Positions 1-12,885 of a stretch of DNA of 64,000 bases are shown one piece after another. Source of the DNA: Lama guanicoe (lineage: Eukaryota). Positions within the stretch are counted from its first letter, which is position 1; every line of letters starts with the position of its first letter. Location: positions 10,633,186 through 10,697,185 of the forward strand of contig MU054323.1 of the NCBI GenBank assembly GCA_013239625.1. The letters are read 5' to 3'. Under the pieces are notes generated by a model. The model did not search any database, was not told where the DNA came from, and saw only the letters and a program-made list of their open reading frames with translations. Made by a program: the position numbers and the translations under genes.

Positions 1-193
1 TGTAGGCAGACTTACAGAAGACAGAATGATTACCTGAACTTCCATCTCTCACCTCAAGACATCTTCTGAAGATGCTTCCAGGTGTCAGAGAACTGTAGAA
101 GGCAGTTCATATTCCTTGGACTGATACAGGACTCAAACCTGGCCTGCACACTCTGCCTCATGTAAACCATCAAGGGCTCCCTATCACCTAGAA

Positions 194-466
194 AAGTGTT
201 TCCTTTTGCCTTGATCATCCATGCATAACCTTAATGATATTTTTGCCACAATTGTGTGCCTCTCATATTACTATTAATGTTATTCTTAAAACCAACTTAA
301 ACATTTATAAACTTACTTTGGTTTAAGGAATTTATATCACTATTATCACCACCATAAACTCAAAACCAGTGTCATTTGTTATGAATAGAAGGTACCTTAA
401 AATCAAATATATAACAAAGATCACTGGGTACATCTGTAAGTGCACATCACACTGTGGGAAACACTG
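194..466. mobile_element. hAT-Charlie-type non-autonomous DNA transposon (MITE)
   Basis: Termini (a)agtgtttcc / gggaaacactg are inverted repeats. Flanking 8-mers acctagaa (186-193) and gcctagaa (467-474) fit the hAT NTCTAGAN target duplication. Confidence 0.75.
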
Positions 467-756
467 GCCTAGAAAAAAAAAAGCTGCAGCTCCTTCCCAT
501 AGCCTGTTTAACACCTTTCAGGAACACAGAACTTCCTGTGGTTCTCCCTGTGCTGTTTCATGCCTCCCTGACTTTGTTCATGTAGTTCCCTTTGCCTAGA
601 ATGCCTACAGCATTAAAATTCAGTTTTAGCTAAAAAAATGTTTATTGAAGTATTGCATATGCATAGTTTAAAAAGTCAATTAGTACTCTAGGCTTATAAC
701 AAAAGCAGTTGTCCCTTCCTCCTAATTCCCACACTCCAGAGTAAACATTTTCAATT

Positions 757-1127
757 ATTTTTTTTAATTGTGGGAAAATATACATAGCATAAAATTTACT
801 ATTTTAGCCATTTTCAAGTGTGGCATTAACTGGCATTAAATATATTCACATTGTTGTGCAACAATTACTTGTGCAACCATTACTACCATCCATCTCTAGA
901 ATAGTTTCCTTCTTCCCAAACTGAAATTCACATATCCATATCCATTAAACAGTTAACTCACCATTTTCCCATCCTCCTAGCTCTGGCAGGCATCACTCTA
1001 CTTTCTGTCTCTCTGAATTTGACTACTCCAAGTACTTCATTTAAGTGGAATCAGTATTTGTTCTTTTGTGACAGTGTTATTTCACATAGTACAATGACTT
1101 TGAGGTTCATCTATGTTTGTAGCTTGC
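757..1127 (-). mobile_element. 5'-truncated L1M (L1MB-like) 3' end
   Basis: Antisense L1MB-type 3'UTR text (aaatttactattttagccattttcaagtg...ccatccatctctagaa...ctactttctgtctctctgaatttgactact). T-run at the left end. Flanked by aacattttcaatt (744-756) and aacactttcaatt (1128-1140). Confidence 0.8.
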
Positions 1128-1140
1128 AACACTTTCAATT

Positions 1141-2300
1141 CACCCAAGGAATTTCTTTCACCATTATGCTGGGAATCCTCTTTGCCTCTCTTCTAGGATG
1201 GATCTTTTATTTCTATTTCATTGTTCCCATATTTTCCTATTTCTTGTTTTATTCTCTTATTTCCATGTGGCACATCCAAATCTTTTTAAGAAAGGGTGCC
1301 TAAAAGGTACATTTTTAGATTTTGCATTTATAAAAGTATCTTTATTTTAACTTCATATCTAATGGTAGTTTGTCTGGGTATGAAATTATAGGTTAGAAAT
1401 TATTTTCCTTTGGGATTTTGATTGCATTTATCAACTGATCTCTAGATCCCCAAATTGCAGATGTTAAAACAGATACTATTCTTATTCCCTATTATTTGTA
1501 CATGATGTATATTTTTTCTTCTAAAAGATGTATAATCTTTCCTTATTGTCTATTTTTTAAATTTCACAATTATGTGCTATTATGTATACCTTTTATATTG
1601 TGGTGTTAACCACTCTTCTGTGGTTACCATTTGTGTGTGTGTGTGTTTAAGGTTTATTCCTGCTCCGCGTATTGACTCTGAGAATCCTCTCCCCTTCTTT
1701 GTTTTGCTTCTTGGTTTTGGTTTTGGCCTCTGTTTTGTTTTTTCTTTTTTCTTTTCACATTTTTTCTCTGTGATTTATCATAACATTTTGTGTATATTTC
1801 CCTGTGCTATACAGTGTAATCTTGTTTATCTATTCTACAATTTTGAAATCCCAGTCTATCCCTTCCCACCCTCTACCACCCCCCCCGTTTTGTTTTTTCT
1901 TTTAGAACTCTATCATCAAATGTCTGGTAGTCTTTGGTTGTCCTTTCTCATTTAATATTGGGAGAAATGAAAAGTCAGTTGGAATCTCTGTGCGCATGGA
2001 TGAAAGTCATTGCCTGTAAACCTCACAGGAGGGTGACTGGGCCAGAACCTACTCATTGTGTAAAAAGTTCCCCCTCCCTTGTCAATATCAATAGATTTTT
2101 CTCCTGGGCTTGTCAATCTCTTCATGGAGGACCCTTCTGCTTTCCTTCCTGGGTAGGAGGACGTAAGCCTGACTGCAACTCTTCTGAAGTCTTGGGGTGG
2201 GGAGAAATCTCACCATTCAGGATACAGACTCTCCCTTAATCCCCTTGTAGTTGGTACGGTACAAACCCATGACCTCACCTCTGCCTATCTCCTGAACTCT
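1141..2300 (-). mobile_element. HAL1/old L1M fragments, interrupted by younger insertions
   Basis: HAL1-like antisense text: gtatctttattttaacttcatatctaatggtagtttgtctgggtatgaaattataggttagaaattattttc, and gaatctctgtgcgcatgg...cacaggagggtgactggg. Confidence 0.55.
1749..1886 (-). mobile_element. Young cetartiodactyl-type L1 3'UTR fragment
   Basis: Reverse complement reads gggtgggaagggatagactgggatttcaaaattgtagaatagataaacaagattacactgtatagcacagggaaatatac. Identical 17-bp flanks gttttgttttttctttt at 1732-1748 and 1887-1903. Confidence 0.8.
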
Positions 2301-3909
2301 TTAGAGTCCATTTTGGGTCCCTCTATTCTTCCCTTCAGTTGACCCACTTCCATCCTTCAGCCTTTACATATGGCACCCCCATAGCCTACTTTCCTCTCCA
2401 GCCATTCTTCAGTTTAGAGATACTATCCCTGGTATCTTTTAATGAACTCATCATTTTCATCTTTCATATAAAAATAGAGCCTATGTGTACAGCCTATGTG
2501 TAAAAATCAAGGCACAGGATGAAGATTCTTTGGGAATCAAACTCCAAATGCTTGGAACCATAAGGAAAGAAAGGAAAAAAGGGAGATATCCAATCCATGC
2601 CTTTCATGGTTTCAGATCTCTGACTTTAAGATACCATATAACAAGAGATTCAAGATGAACATCAGGAAATACTTATACTGAAGCCTTCAAATGACTATGC
2701 ACATAGTAGACTCTCTATGGAAACATATTAACGTGAATGTAACACATGGGTAGGGTGACAGGTATATGGTAGTTCCTTACTGGAACTAAGATTTGGGGGT
2801 CTTCAGATGTCTTGGTATCTTATCAACAATTGGCCTCCTTTTTAAATGATGTACTGCCTCCCCTTTAACAGAGCCTTTAATTTCTAACCTAATCTTATTT
2901 GTCATGATTCTCTGAGACATGCCAAATAAAGCTTTCAGGTCTCTGTGTATTTTGGTATCTGTGTATGTCTGACTCACTTAAGGGCTTTCATCCAGTGACA
3001 GTAACCATACCCGATGAGGTCTCCATGTGAAAAGAGCTTATATGTTTTCTACCCCTCAGGCTGTTTGGGTGATGATTCAACCAAAAAGAAAATGGGAAAT
3101 GAAAGTTTGCACCCCCTCCCTTTCTGACTCCAGTGCACTGCAATAGGGCTACTTTTAATGAGCTTAGCAACAATTAGCTCTTGAAGCTGCAACAGCTGCA
3201 CAGTGCTGATGCTCTCCAGAGGCAGTCAACGAATTAAATCATGTGATAATTCAATTGGAAAATTGGGTGTAATTATGGAGAATGCAGAGTCTGCTAGTGA
3301 CTTGGAGCTCTCGAAACAACAGTGGTGTGGACTGTTCAGGGAGTGTGTGCCATGCACAGAAACTGATACGGGTGTTTGTAGGAATCTAGGTCCCCTCTTC
3401 AACAATAACAGCATTACTAACCCTGTGATCAGTTAAGAGCTAGCTAAGTGCCACCAAAACAAATCTACTTTGTAACTTCAAAACTTTTCACAGACCACCC
3501 TCCATGACACAATTTTGGCTGTACTCTGAGCATCTGCTGGTTGAAAACAGGTAAAACAAGCAACAGCTAGAGTGCCCAGGGACTAGTAGTTCCTGTATTA
3601 ATTAAAAAAACCAGTTTAGTCAAAAAATCATAAAATGAGATACCTTAAACTTTCTATTTTAACTAGAAATTATGTGTATATATATATATTCATATACTAA
3701 TCTTGATATAGGGCCCAAGTCCTGTGCTTGTGAGTCATCTTTCTTACAGTCACCATACCCATAATGCATTGTCCATAATTTTCCATTTGGGTTTATATAA
3801 AGAAGAATAAGAACCTAAAAAAAATTTGCAGAGAATTTTGAATAGAGACTTCTTAGAGATATTAGTGCTTTTCTTTCCAAACTTTTACTATCATTTTACT
3901 CTCAATGCA

Positions 3910-4005
3910 AAGGCTCTGTGCACCGCTTTGTGGTTGTGCCCTATACAACTCTAGGGGGCTTGATCCAAAGCATTCCTCGGAACTGTGCAGTGACAACCCA
4001 CAAAG
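3910..4005. mobile_element. MER91-like hAT-Tip100 fragment
   Basis: ggttgtgccctatacaactctaggggg...actgtgcagtgacaaccc resembles the palindromic MER91 core. Confidence 0.45.
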
Positions 4006-4899
4006 CCTTTCTCAGTGGCCATGCACCATTCAGCAGCAACTTCTTTTTTAGTGGCATGCCTTTATTGAATCTTTCCAAAGCATTCAACTGAATTTTCATT
4101 TCATAGAAACAATAGCTCTCTTCTGGTATTGTAACTGAACTTTGTAATTACCATAAATATCTTTGAGAACAAAGACAACAAGGGACTCTTGGGAAGCTAA
4201 TATCTTAACTGATGGCTGCAGAAGAGTGAAGGTATGCTAGAGAATAGCCTGTTGATCTCGAATGTTCAGGCTGCTGTGGATATCAATCAGAATGCTTTAC
4301 AGAGGGAATGGTTAATACAATGGGTTGGTAAAGTCAAGGTTAATTAAGAGAGTTTCTACTGTCCTGTGAATTTAGTGATGCTCTTAAATGAATTTGTTTT
4401 TTGTTCCTCACTGTAGTGCTTCTATATATTTTTGGAAAATAGCATCCAGAAGGGTGAGACATTTTATCTTTTCAATACACAGAAAGATTTTGGGATTCCT
4501 TATCATAGCTCCCAGGCATGAATCCTCAGGTTGGGAACCCCCCAAACCCTCAGCCCCAGCTTAGAGTTTCCTGCCAGTAATAGAGCAAAAAAATGACTGA
4601 AGCTGGTTAATGAAGTGGTAAGAAATTCTCTTTGTATAACAGTGATTTAAAATGAAAGGAGAGAATGACAAAGGTGTTCTACTGCGAGCCACCCTTTCCC
4701 ATAATGAAAATTTCCTGAATAGTTTGAAGGCCACAAGAAACACTGATTTCTAAAGAGGAAGAGAGCCATCAATTTACCTATTGGGACTTTCTCCAATTCC
4801 TGTTCCTTTGGCTCTGTCTTTGAGTACATCATGTCTTTTAATTAGACCAGGCCAAGAAAAAGCAACCTCTTTAGACTTGAGAAATATTCTATTGAGGAA

Positions 4900-5090
4900 C
4901 AGTGCCCTAGAATCAAATAGTCTTCAGTTCAAATCATGACTCTACCACTTGCTTACCTAAGTTAACTTAATTCAAACATCAGTCTCTTGTCTATAAAAGG
5001 TCATAGCAATAAGTATTCCACAGAGATACTGTATAGTTCAATGCATCAGTGTATCCCAAAGGACCAGATATGGGTAGATGCTCAATAAAC
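4900..5090 (+). mobile_element. MIR SINE
   Basis: agttcaaatcatgactctaccacttgct...gtagatgctcaataaac. Confidence 0.65.
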
Positions 5091-5224
5091 AGCAGGCAGG
5101 AGAAAAGGGTAACCAAAGTTTTCTTGGAAAGGAATGGTATAGGGAAAGGTGTAAGGTATAAAAAACAGAAGACACAAAATAGAGAATATGAGAAGTAATA
5201 AGAACAATATACAGAATTTTATAG

Positions 5225-5410
5225 TTATAAAGGAACTTTATGCACATTGTATTACTGGCATATCTCAACAACTCTGTGAGACAGGATGGGCATTAGTATT
5301 CATTTTACAGATGAGGAAGATAAAACCCCAAAGACTAAGAGTTGGCCAAAATGACAGAACAGAGTTGGGGCTTGACTCAATGTCCCCTTATTCCCAGCCT
5401 ACTACTTTGT
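5225..5410 (-). mobile_element. MIR SINE
   Basis: caacaactctgtgagacagg...cattttacagatgaggaa (antisense MIR core). Confidence 0.8.
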
Positions 5411-5439
5411 TCATGAGACCTTATGGTGTTCAAATTTGT

Positions 5440-6590
5440 CTTTACCATATCACCTTGGGGGCTGCATGACGAATCCCTCCAAATGGCCTACTTTTAGTCT
5501 AGAAAGAACGTGTTACACAAGTGGAGTCAGCACTCTAGGAAGCTGCTTTGGGTCTTCCAAATCTAGCATGGTTTCAAAGAATTATTTCAGGAGAAACAAG
5601 GATGGAGAGAATCTACAAAAAAGAAAGCTTTGGCCATGAGGTTGTATGTAGGGGAGCACTGAATATGAAAATTGCAACCAGAGATAATCTATTGAAATTA
5701 AGAGCCAGAGAAAAGTGATGTTAAAAGTCCTGCTTTGTTTTATTAGTGGATAGAAAATTACAGGAAGTGATATGTTTTGAAGATGAAAAATTTAAAGGTC
5801 TAATGTAACTCTCTAGGCATATTAAAGGACGTTATTTCCATATTCTTCTTGGATAATCAATCATGCCACAGCAAATTAAGAGTTCTTATTTTTAGCCCTA
5901 TTAGCTACACAATGATAATGAAAATTGATTACAGTCACATTCTACTTCTTAAGACATTGTCACTAAATGAACTGAAATGCCCCAGAATCAATCCATTTAA
6001 AAAATATACCAGTGGTTGAAAAAAAAGTCCTCATCAATTACTGACGTCTATTAATAAAAAAAAGATGACAAACTGGCTGCTTCTGTCATTGGTAGCTTAC
6101 TGTAGGCCAATAAAACAAGTTCTTTTGTTCTAGCAACTAGAGACATCTTCAAGAAGCTTAGTGAATTAGAGCTACTGAAGACCAGATATTGGTTTGCAGA
6201 AATAGAATTCAAAGAAAAATTTAAAAATACTATCAGAAATGTAAAAAAATCAAAGAGAGTTAAGTCATATTTGTCTCTGATTTATCAACCCTCCAAGTCT
6301 AAGAAGGTTCTGTGTGTCTAGATTAGAGAAAAGTGATCTCAAGACACTCCTGCAGGTGGAAAAGTGGCAATTTTGGAATACTGTAAAAATGGTGGTAGGT
6401 ACTGAATATGGTGGGATTAATAAAATAGAGATTCAGAGAAACTAGAAACTGTGTATTTTGTGGACCTAATTAAATTGCTTAGAGCTTCATGGTTTTGGAA
6501 AGATATCAAGATGCCCAATGGAATGGTAAAGTATAATATACCAGCTCCCTATGGTGTTTCTCCAAGCCAATCTTATGGGTACTTGAAAAT
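5440..6590 (+). pseudogene. Highly degenerate Gypsy-like LTR retroelement pol remnant (RNase H + integrase), MamGyp-int-like
   Basis: Frameshifted translations give, in order: LG(A)AL; KGRYFHIL-DNQ; ELLKTRYWFAE...IRN(C)KK..RVK; VLCV...GGKVAIL; NG; GVSP..YG. This is collinear with Gypsy RNase H, integrase Zn-finger and core motifs. Many stops and frameshifts. Confidence 0.42.
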
Positions 6591-6844
6591 ATATTGAAAA
6601 TAGTAGTTTAGGAGATCTACACTAACATTGAAATCTTACTAACAACAGACTCCGTGAGGGTATCATCAAGTCCTCCCTCTGATTATTCTGAGCTATGTCC
6701 AGGGAGGCCTAGAAGGGCTCAGCAATGACCACATGAGGCAAGAAGATAGTCCTTTAACGTTCTAGGCCCATGATCTCTGGACTTTACCACCCTCACCTTG
6801 TGATGTAAAATCTCAATTGGTTCCATCCAGAGACCAGGTTTCTT

Positions 6845-6872
6845 GAAAAGAAAAGAAAAGAAAAGAAAAGAA
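6845..6872 (+). repeat. (GAAAA)n microsatellite
   Basis: gaaaagaaaagaaaagaaaagaaaagaa. Confidence 0.95.
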
Positions 6873-7229
6873 CAGAACTCACAAACATATTTTGCTTTTG
6901 AACAGTTATAAATGGATCTAGACACTCTTTGTAGAAAAAAATTAAAATTATTAAAATTAATCTCTCTTTTCTGAGGGACTGAGTTTAAACAATTTGGGAA
7001 AATGCTGAATTCAACCTCAAGTTTCTCAATACTTCTTTCATTGCTCTATTGATTGACATATGATCATACAACAGCCAAAAATTGGGTGAAAGGAGTTGTC
7101 TCCATTCTGCTAAATGCCTGTGTCCATATATCTATATCCATAGCTGCATCCATAGACTTCTTTTTCTAAGAATATATAATTCTATCTGAGAGTCAAAAGC
7201 TTATGCGTATATACAAATTCAAATGAACA

Positions 7230-7392
7230 GAGGAGGTATGAGAGAAATTATTGAGGTGGCAGAAATTTTTTTCTTGATTGTGTTGGTGGTTTCACAACTG
7301 CTGGTGTTTTTTTTTTCAAAACTCATGGGACTGTACACTACAAAAGGTAAATTTTACAAATGTAAATTTGTACATTAAATACTTTAATAAAC
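7230..7392 (+). mobile_element. L1ME/L1MC 3' end
   Basis: cttgattgtgttggtggtttcacaactg...tcaaaactcatgggactgtacactacaaaaggtaaatttta...aataaa. Confidence 0.75.
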
Positions 7393-7571
7393 CCAACCTA
7401 ATATATGTATTAGATACATTCTATATTATGTATAATATATATTATATAAAGTTCATATACATTATATAAAGTTTTATACATATATATGAAGTACTTAAAG
7501 ACAATAGTCTCTAACTCCATCTCTCATGTCCTCACTAGAATAGTAGAGAGATTGACTGAATAATATAGAAG

Positions 7572-7573
<2 letters not shown>

Positions 7574-7608
<35 letters not shown>

Positions 7609-7650
7609 CACACACACATACACATATATATACACACACACATACACACA
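7574..7650 (+). repeat. (TA)n-(CA)n compound microsatellite
   Basis: About 15 TA units followed by mixed CA/TA units. Confidence 0.95.
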
Positions 7651-7875
7651 TTAAAGTGTCTTCCAACTCTAATAGTATACAAATATACTGAAACCATCCC
7701 AAATCAAGCACTTTAAATTTCTATCCTGCAGAACACTATTAGAAGAACTAATGACCATAAGCATGTTTTGAAACCTGACTAACGTATGTACACACATTTC
7801 TTCCCACACCCAGGGGAACATATTGAAAGAAAAAAAATGTTAAATCTAATGTAATCTAAGCTAATGTAATAGTAC

Positions 7876-8110
7876 TGGCTAATATTTATTAAATATTAAC
7901 TGTGTGCCAAGCATTTTGACACACATTTATTAATTTATTTTATATAACAACCCTATGGAGTTGAGATTATTATTGTCTCAACTTTACACACAAGGAATCT
8001 GAAATACCACACCACAGAGAGGTTACGTGACCTGTTCAAAGTTAAACAGCAAGTAAACAGTAAAGTCAGAATTTAAAGCTGGGCAGTCTGACCCTGAGTC
8101 TGGAGTCTCT
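7876..8110 (-). mobile_element. MIR SINE (near full length)
   Basis: atttattaaatattaactgtgtgccaagca...aacaaccctatggag...agaggttacgtgacctgttcaaagt...ggcagtctgac. Confidence 0.85.
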
Positions 8111-8644
8111 ATGGGAAAACTCAGCATCTAGTGAGGGAGGAGGGAGGAAAAACTATACCCTGTGCTGAAGTAGACCTGGAGCGTTGGAGCCCATGGGTCC
8201 CCATCACAGACTCACTGTCCTTGGTCCTCATTCTCCATATCATTTTGCATGGAATAAAACTGTTCAAGGAAGGAATTTTGAAACATTTTCCTTTTTAGTT
8301 AAGGAGCACAGTGTCTCCCTGGTCTGCCTCCTCATTTTCTCCTCCTCACTAAGCACTCACACAAAGTATCCATCAAGGACTAGAACATCGGTTTGAGTAA
8401 GCTGACAGCTTGAAGCAAGATATCTGAAGTTGCAGGGAGGGTGAGCCACCTGGGGTGTTTCTTGGCAATCCAGTGCCCCTCCCCTGCCACCTAAATTATG
8501 GTGACTTAAAGACAATTAGATGGGCCCAAAAGTCTTTAAAAAAAATAAAAAAGGAGCAACAGGACTATGGTGGAAGAGAGTAGTGGGAGGGGAATGTAAA
8601 ATTTGGACTATAACAATAACATGGGAAAACAAGGGACCAAGAGA

Positions 8645-8860
8645 CAGCCGTGGTAGGTTAGAAAGAGCACTTGACTTGAAGTCAGAAGCCCTGGTCTTTA
8701 TACCAGTTGCATCTTTCAATAGAAGCATAACTCTGAATGTTACCTCTGTGAGCCTCAATGACCTCATCTGTAAAATGGAGATAGCATGAAGAGTTGTTGT
8801 GAAGACTAAAGATGGCTTTGATATTGATGTGCACACTGTAAAGTACACGGCAAACATGAA
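8645..8860 (+). mobile_element. MIR SINE
   Basis: gaaagagcacttgacttgaagtcagaagccctgg...gcctcaatgacctcatctgtaaaatggagata. Confidence 0.85.
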
Positions 8861-11800
8861 TTAAAATGGCAGAGCACCAACCCAAGGTGGCTGGGCAAAA
8901 GGGCCAGGGGAGTTGGGTGTTTGGACATGGAGCAGCCAGAATTATTTTTTTTCCAACAAATCCTTGGGTCAACAAACACAAAACAGCTCTGCTGTCAAGA
9001 AAAAAACTGTAAGCAGGTATGTTTGAAAGTCACTTCTGAAAGAGACATTGAAGAAGGGATGCAAAATGTTGAGGGTAGAGAGAAACTCCTTCCAGCAAGA
9101 GAGTGAACGATGACACCGTAGGTCATGGTGGCTGAAGAGGAAACAGTGATTTGTTGTCTAACTCTCCAGCCATGATGGGACTGTAACTAATGAGGTTATT
9201 CTGGTTACAAAGGAAGCATTCAGCCCCATAATGAAAAACTCTTTGGCAACTAGTGTTGGGGAAAGAAAAAACAAACCAGCAGCTTATTATTAGTTCCATA
9301 GCAAGTTAATTAATTTTTGCCAGCACTGCAGGTCACTTGCTGACCAGAGCATCTGTCTCACTCAACTGAACAGCTGGAGGGATGGCGGGCGTGTCTCCAG
9401 GACATGCACATGTCTTGGTTCTGGGAGTAGGAGGTGTGGCCAACTACAAGGCTGAAAAAACATGAGTTTCTGAGGTTCTTGCTTCTCCCCCCAATTCCAT
9501 GGTCCACTCAAGGTGGGCCAAGAGACTAGCAATTCCACAAGATACAAAGGAAACAAAAATACTTAGAATGAGGGTTTTTTCTGCCTCTATATATCATTTA
9601 AATAAGCAGAGTGCCACAGTGCCATGAACAATGTGCTGGCCTGCAGAAGTCCTATCCAAACTACAGGGCCAGCTCTCCCACTGAAAAGCTCTGAAGCCTT
9701 GATAAGATTGCTTAACTTCTCCAGGTGTTAACTTCTCTTAACATCTCCAGCTTCCCTTAGCTCATCTGAACTATTCACCTGCATGAAAGGATGCTCATTC
9801 AGCATCTTTTCTAGCATTAGGAAATATGAGTTAATAAATATAACCTTTCTCACAGAAATGTCAAGCATTTGACACATACTACTGAGTATCCTCTCAGAAA
9901 GATATCAGTGGCCTGGTATAGCCCCTCTTCAGAGATGGGTGAGCCAAGGTAAAGAAAGCACTCGAACAAAATACCCACATATTTGTACAGAGGTTGACCT
10001 GGCCTCAAAAAAGTACTAGCATTTTTAAAGACATATAATATGTAAGTATAATGAACGTCATTCTGTTCAGCATGCATATTCATGCTAGTACATTTACTTT
10101 CTAGGGTGGATTAAGTGATATATATTTTCTTAATTATATGCTTTGTGTAATATATACACACATATATAGTATTTATTACATACTCACCCTAGAATAGACC
10201 AAGATAAAGAGGCCCATAAACTCCATTAAAACAGGCACCGTAAGTTTAACCCCCTCTTTGAGCCAGTTTAAGCTACTGTTCAGCTGCTGTGGTTTTTAAG
10301 TCTCTTCTATTTTGCCTAAGGTTATAAAGTTTTCAGCAAAAAGAAAAAATCAAGTTGGGGAGGGGCTCATTATCTCAAGTCACCACATACATCTTACTGG
10401 GCTTTCACAGTTGCCTTCCCTCCGTCTCCTTTTGAACAAGAGACCATGAAGTTAAAGCCCAAGTTTTAATGTCTATGCAGGTGCTCAAGAACTGTGGGGT
10501 CCTTCTCCTGCCATCTCCCAGCACACATATTCACTGTCAAGCCTGCTGCAGTTAGTTAACAGGAATGACTGCAGATCCTCTAAAACCATTCAAACAAAAG
10601 AATTAGTGGCTGATAGGGAGATTTGCAGTCTCACCGGGAACAATGCTACTTAAGGAAATTAGCATTGCATTTACAGACAGCACTTCATGTCCCATGGCAA
10701 ATCAGTTGGTGAGGGTCCCAATTAGGCAGTGTGCATGACTAACACGACTGCATCTGGGAGCAGGCGCCTTTGCCTCGGAAAAGTGAGTTGAGGAGATGGG
10801 ATGGAGTCTACGCTGTGAGTTGCCACTGCCATCTACTGTGACTTAGCATTGCATAGAAACTGGACTGCTCACAAAAGTTTGCCACACACTTTATATGAGC
10901 AGGAAGGTGAGGCATTCAAACTGCTGTGTTCTACATCAGGAGATAAGTTCAGGGAAATGAAGCAAATTACCTAGACTCTCAAGGCTGAGACTAGACCCAT
11001 GTTAGTTCTTAAAAATTTAATTTATGTATTTATGTATATATGAATCTGTGTTTATATCTATTTTTATTTTCAGGTCTTGAGCTTCATAAAAAATTTACTA
11101 TAAGCAATTTAACCAGTCTCTTAGAGATACCCCACCTCCCTCTTTTCTCTTCCTATCTGTGCTCCCTGTGTTCTTTTCCATCTTCTCACTTTGTCTCATC
11201 TCTCCTCACCTCTTCTGTGCTGTCTCCCTTTTCTTTGCCCTAATATAGCCTTTTTTTTAACATATCCTAATTCTCTGTATTATTAGCTAGAATACACCTT
11301 TTGAAAAGATCAACACTCCCATCCCAGGACCTCATAAAATAAACAGCCTTTTAATATATACAATTTGGGAAGGAAGCCTTGACCTTCACAAGCAAGACCC
11401 TGATGTAAGGAGGAAAATGGAGGTGAGAGGAGTGTCCCTTAGGGACCCAGTACCAGTACCCAGCCGGGGTTCTGCACCCATAGACTCTCAGACATGCTCA
11501 CTGACTAGGTTGTATAATTAAACTTTGGTCCAGGAGATGCTGTACCAGCTGAATAAGGAAAGCATTTGGACTGACTGTGAACACAGATCAAAGAACACTT
11601 TAAAGCCTGAGTCATCTGTGTTCAATTTATTCAGGGGAGAAAGGAACAAACAGTCCAAGAAGAGTAGCCAAGACAGGCCTGAGCTGTTCCCCCTGAAGGC
11701 CACTCTTATCCAGAAGTCACCTGTGGGGCTGGGGCCACCCTGTGAATGCCAGCTACCCAGCTCTATCAATCCTCAGACCAATGCCTAACACTATCCTCTC

Positions 11801-12374
11801 TTTCCTTCCAATAGGTGGGGTGTGATGAATAAGGAAAAAAGGAAAGATACACAGGAGGAAATGAGGGCAAAAGAGGGATAAAGGAAACCAGGAGAAACTG
11901 GGAAGAAGAAAAAGAGGAGAAATAGAGTAGGTCAAGAAAGAGGGGAGAAGGAGAGCAAAGGGGTGGTTAAAAACATGGGTACATGCAGCAGGCAGGAAGC
12001 TAGGAAGGCTGGAACCTTCCTTCTAGTCAAGACTGTGCACAGCTGCACAAAGTGCACTGATTTCTTCCCTTTGGGATCTTCTTCATTTCCATTATTTTCA
12101 GTACTTCTTGTCTCCTCCTAAATGTGATTATACAGCCCTCCCCCACTTCCACCTGGAAGTACTGCTTTGGTCATAAAGGCAGAAAGGCATTTGGCCATAA
12201 AGGAATTCCTACACGATGCCCTAACTGAAACCATGGTGCTCGCCCTATGTCTTCTCCATTGGTTGACTTCTCCCATGAAACCCTCATGGTGGGCATTTTC
12301 TTATGTGGTTAAAAGCACTTACTTACCCTCTGCTCCTCTCTGGCACCTGGTAACATAGGTATAGAAAGAAAGGG

Positions 12375-12500
12375 AAAACATCAATATTTATTGAGTACTA
12401 AGCATTATGCTAGGAATTTTATTTATGTTGACTCATTGAAATCTCATCAGAGCCCTACATGAAGGTATTATTATTCCTATTTTACAGATGATAAAGTAAT
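12375..12500 (-). mobile_element. MIR SINE
   Basis: tttattgagtact...ggtattattattcctattttacagatga. Confidence 0.75.
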
Positions 12501-12689
12501 TCTGCACTGATGCTGTGATTGGGACATATCCCTAGGACCCATCACACTGTCTGGTTCATTATATTTTCACTGAATGAATAAATGTTTCCACTTCTACGAC
12601 TGAGATAAGAATAGTTTATGACAATGTCGTGAGGACACATGAATGTGAAATCCCTTTGAATTCTAACAACAGAAAGAACAGTAACTGTT

Positions 12690-12885
12690 TAGGTTTTACA
12701 GGTGTTGATCTAAGGCCTTGTATTATACTAATCATTTAATCTTCACAATAACCCTATAAGGTAGGACTCTATTTGCATTGTGCATATGAGAAATAAAGTA
12801 TTTTCCCGAGGTCATACTGCTAATAAATATAGAGTCAAGAAGTGAACTCAAGCAGTTTGACGCCACAGTCCTTGTAACCACTCTA
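12690..12885 (-). mobile_element. MIR SINE
   Basis: atcatttaatcttcacaataaccctataaggtagg...gaactcaagcagtttgac. Confidence 0.8.

Noticed and set aside
3160..3225. ELSN...ADAL(S)R-like text resembling the end of Gypsy RNase H
   Set aside because: Needs a frameshift and lies upstream of the better RNase H/integrase candidate, so it is out of order. Not included in that feature.
6700..6765. QGGLEGLSN, resembling the Mononegavirales L-polymerase motif GG(L/I)EGL.QK, suggesting an endogenous viral element
   Set aside because: The following QK.W residues are absent, I found no upstream D..KWN or downstream GDNQ motif, and the frame soon stops. A 6-residue match is expected by chance. A tBLASTn with L proteins would settle it.
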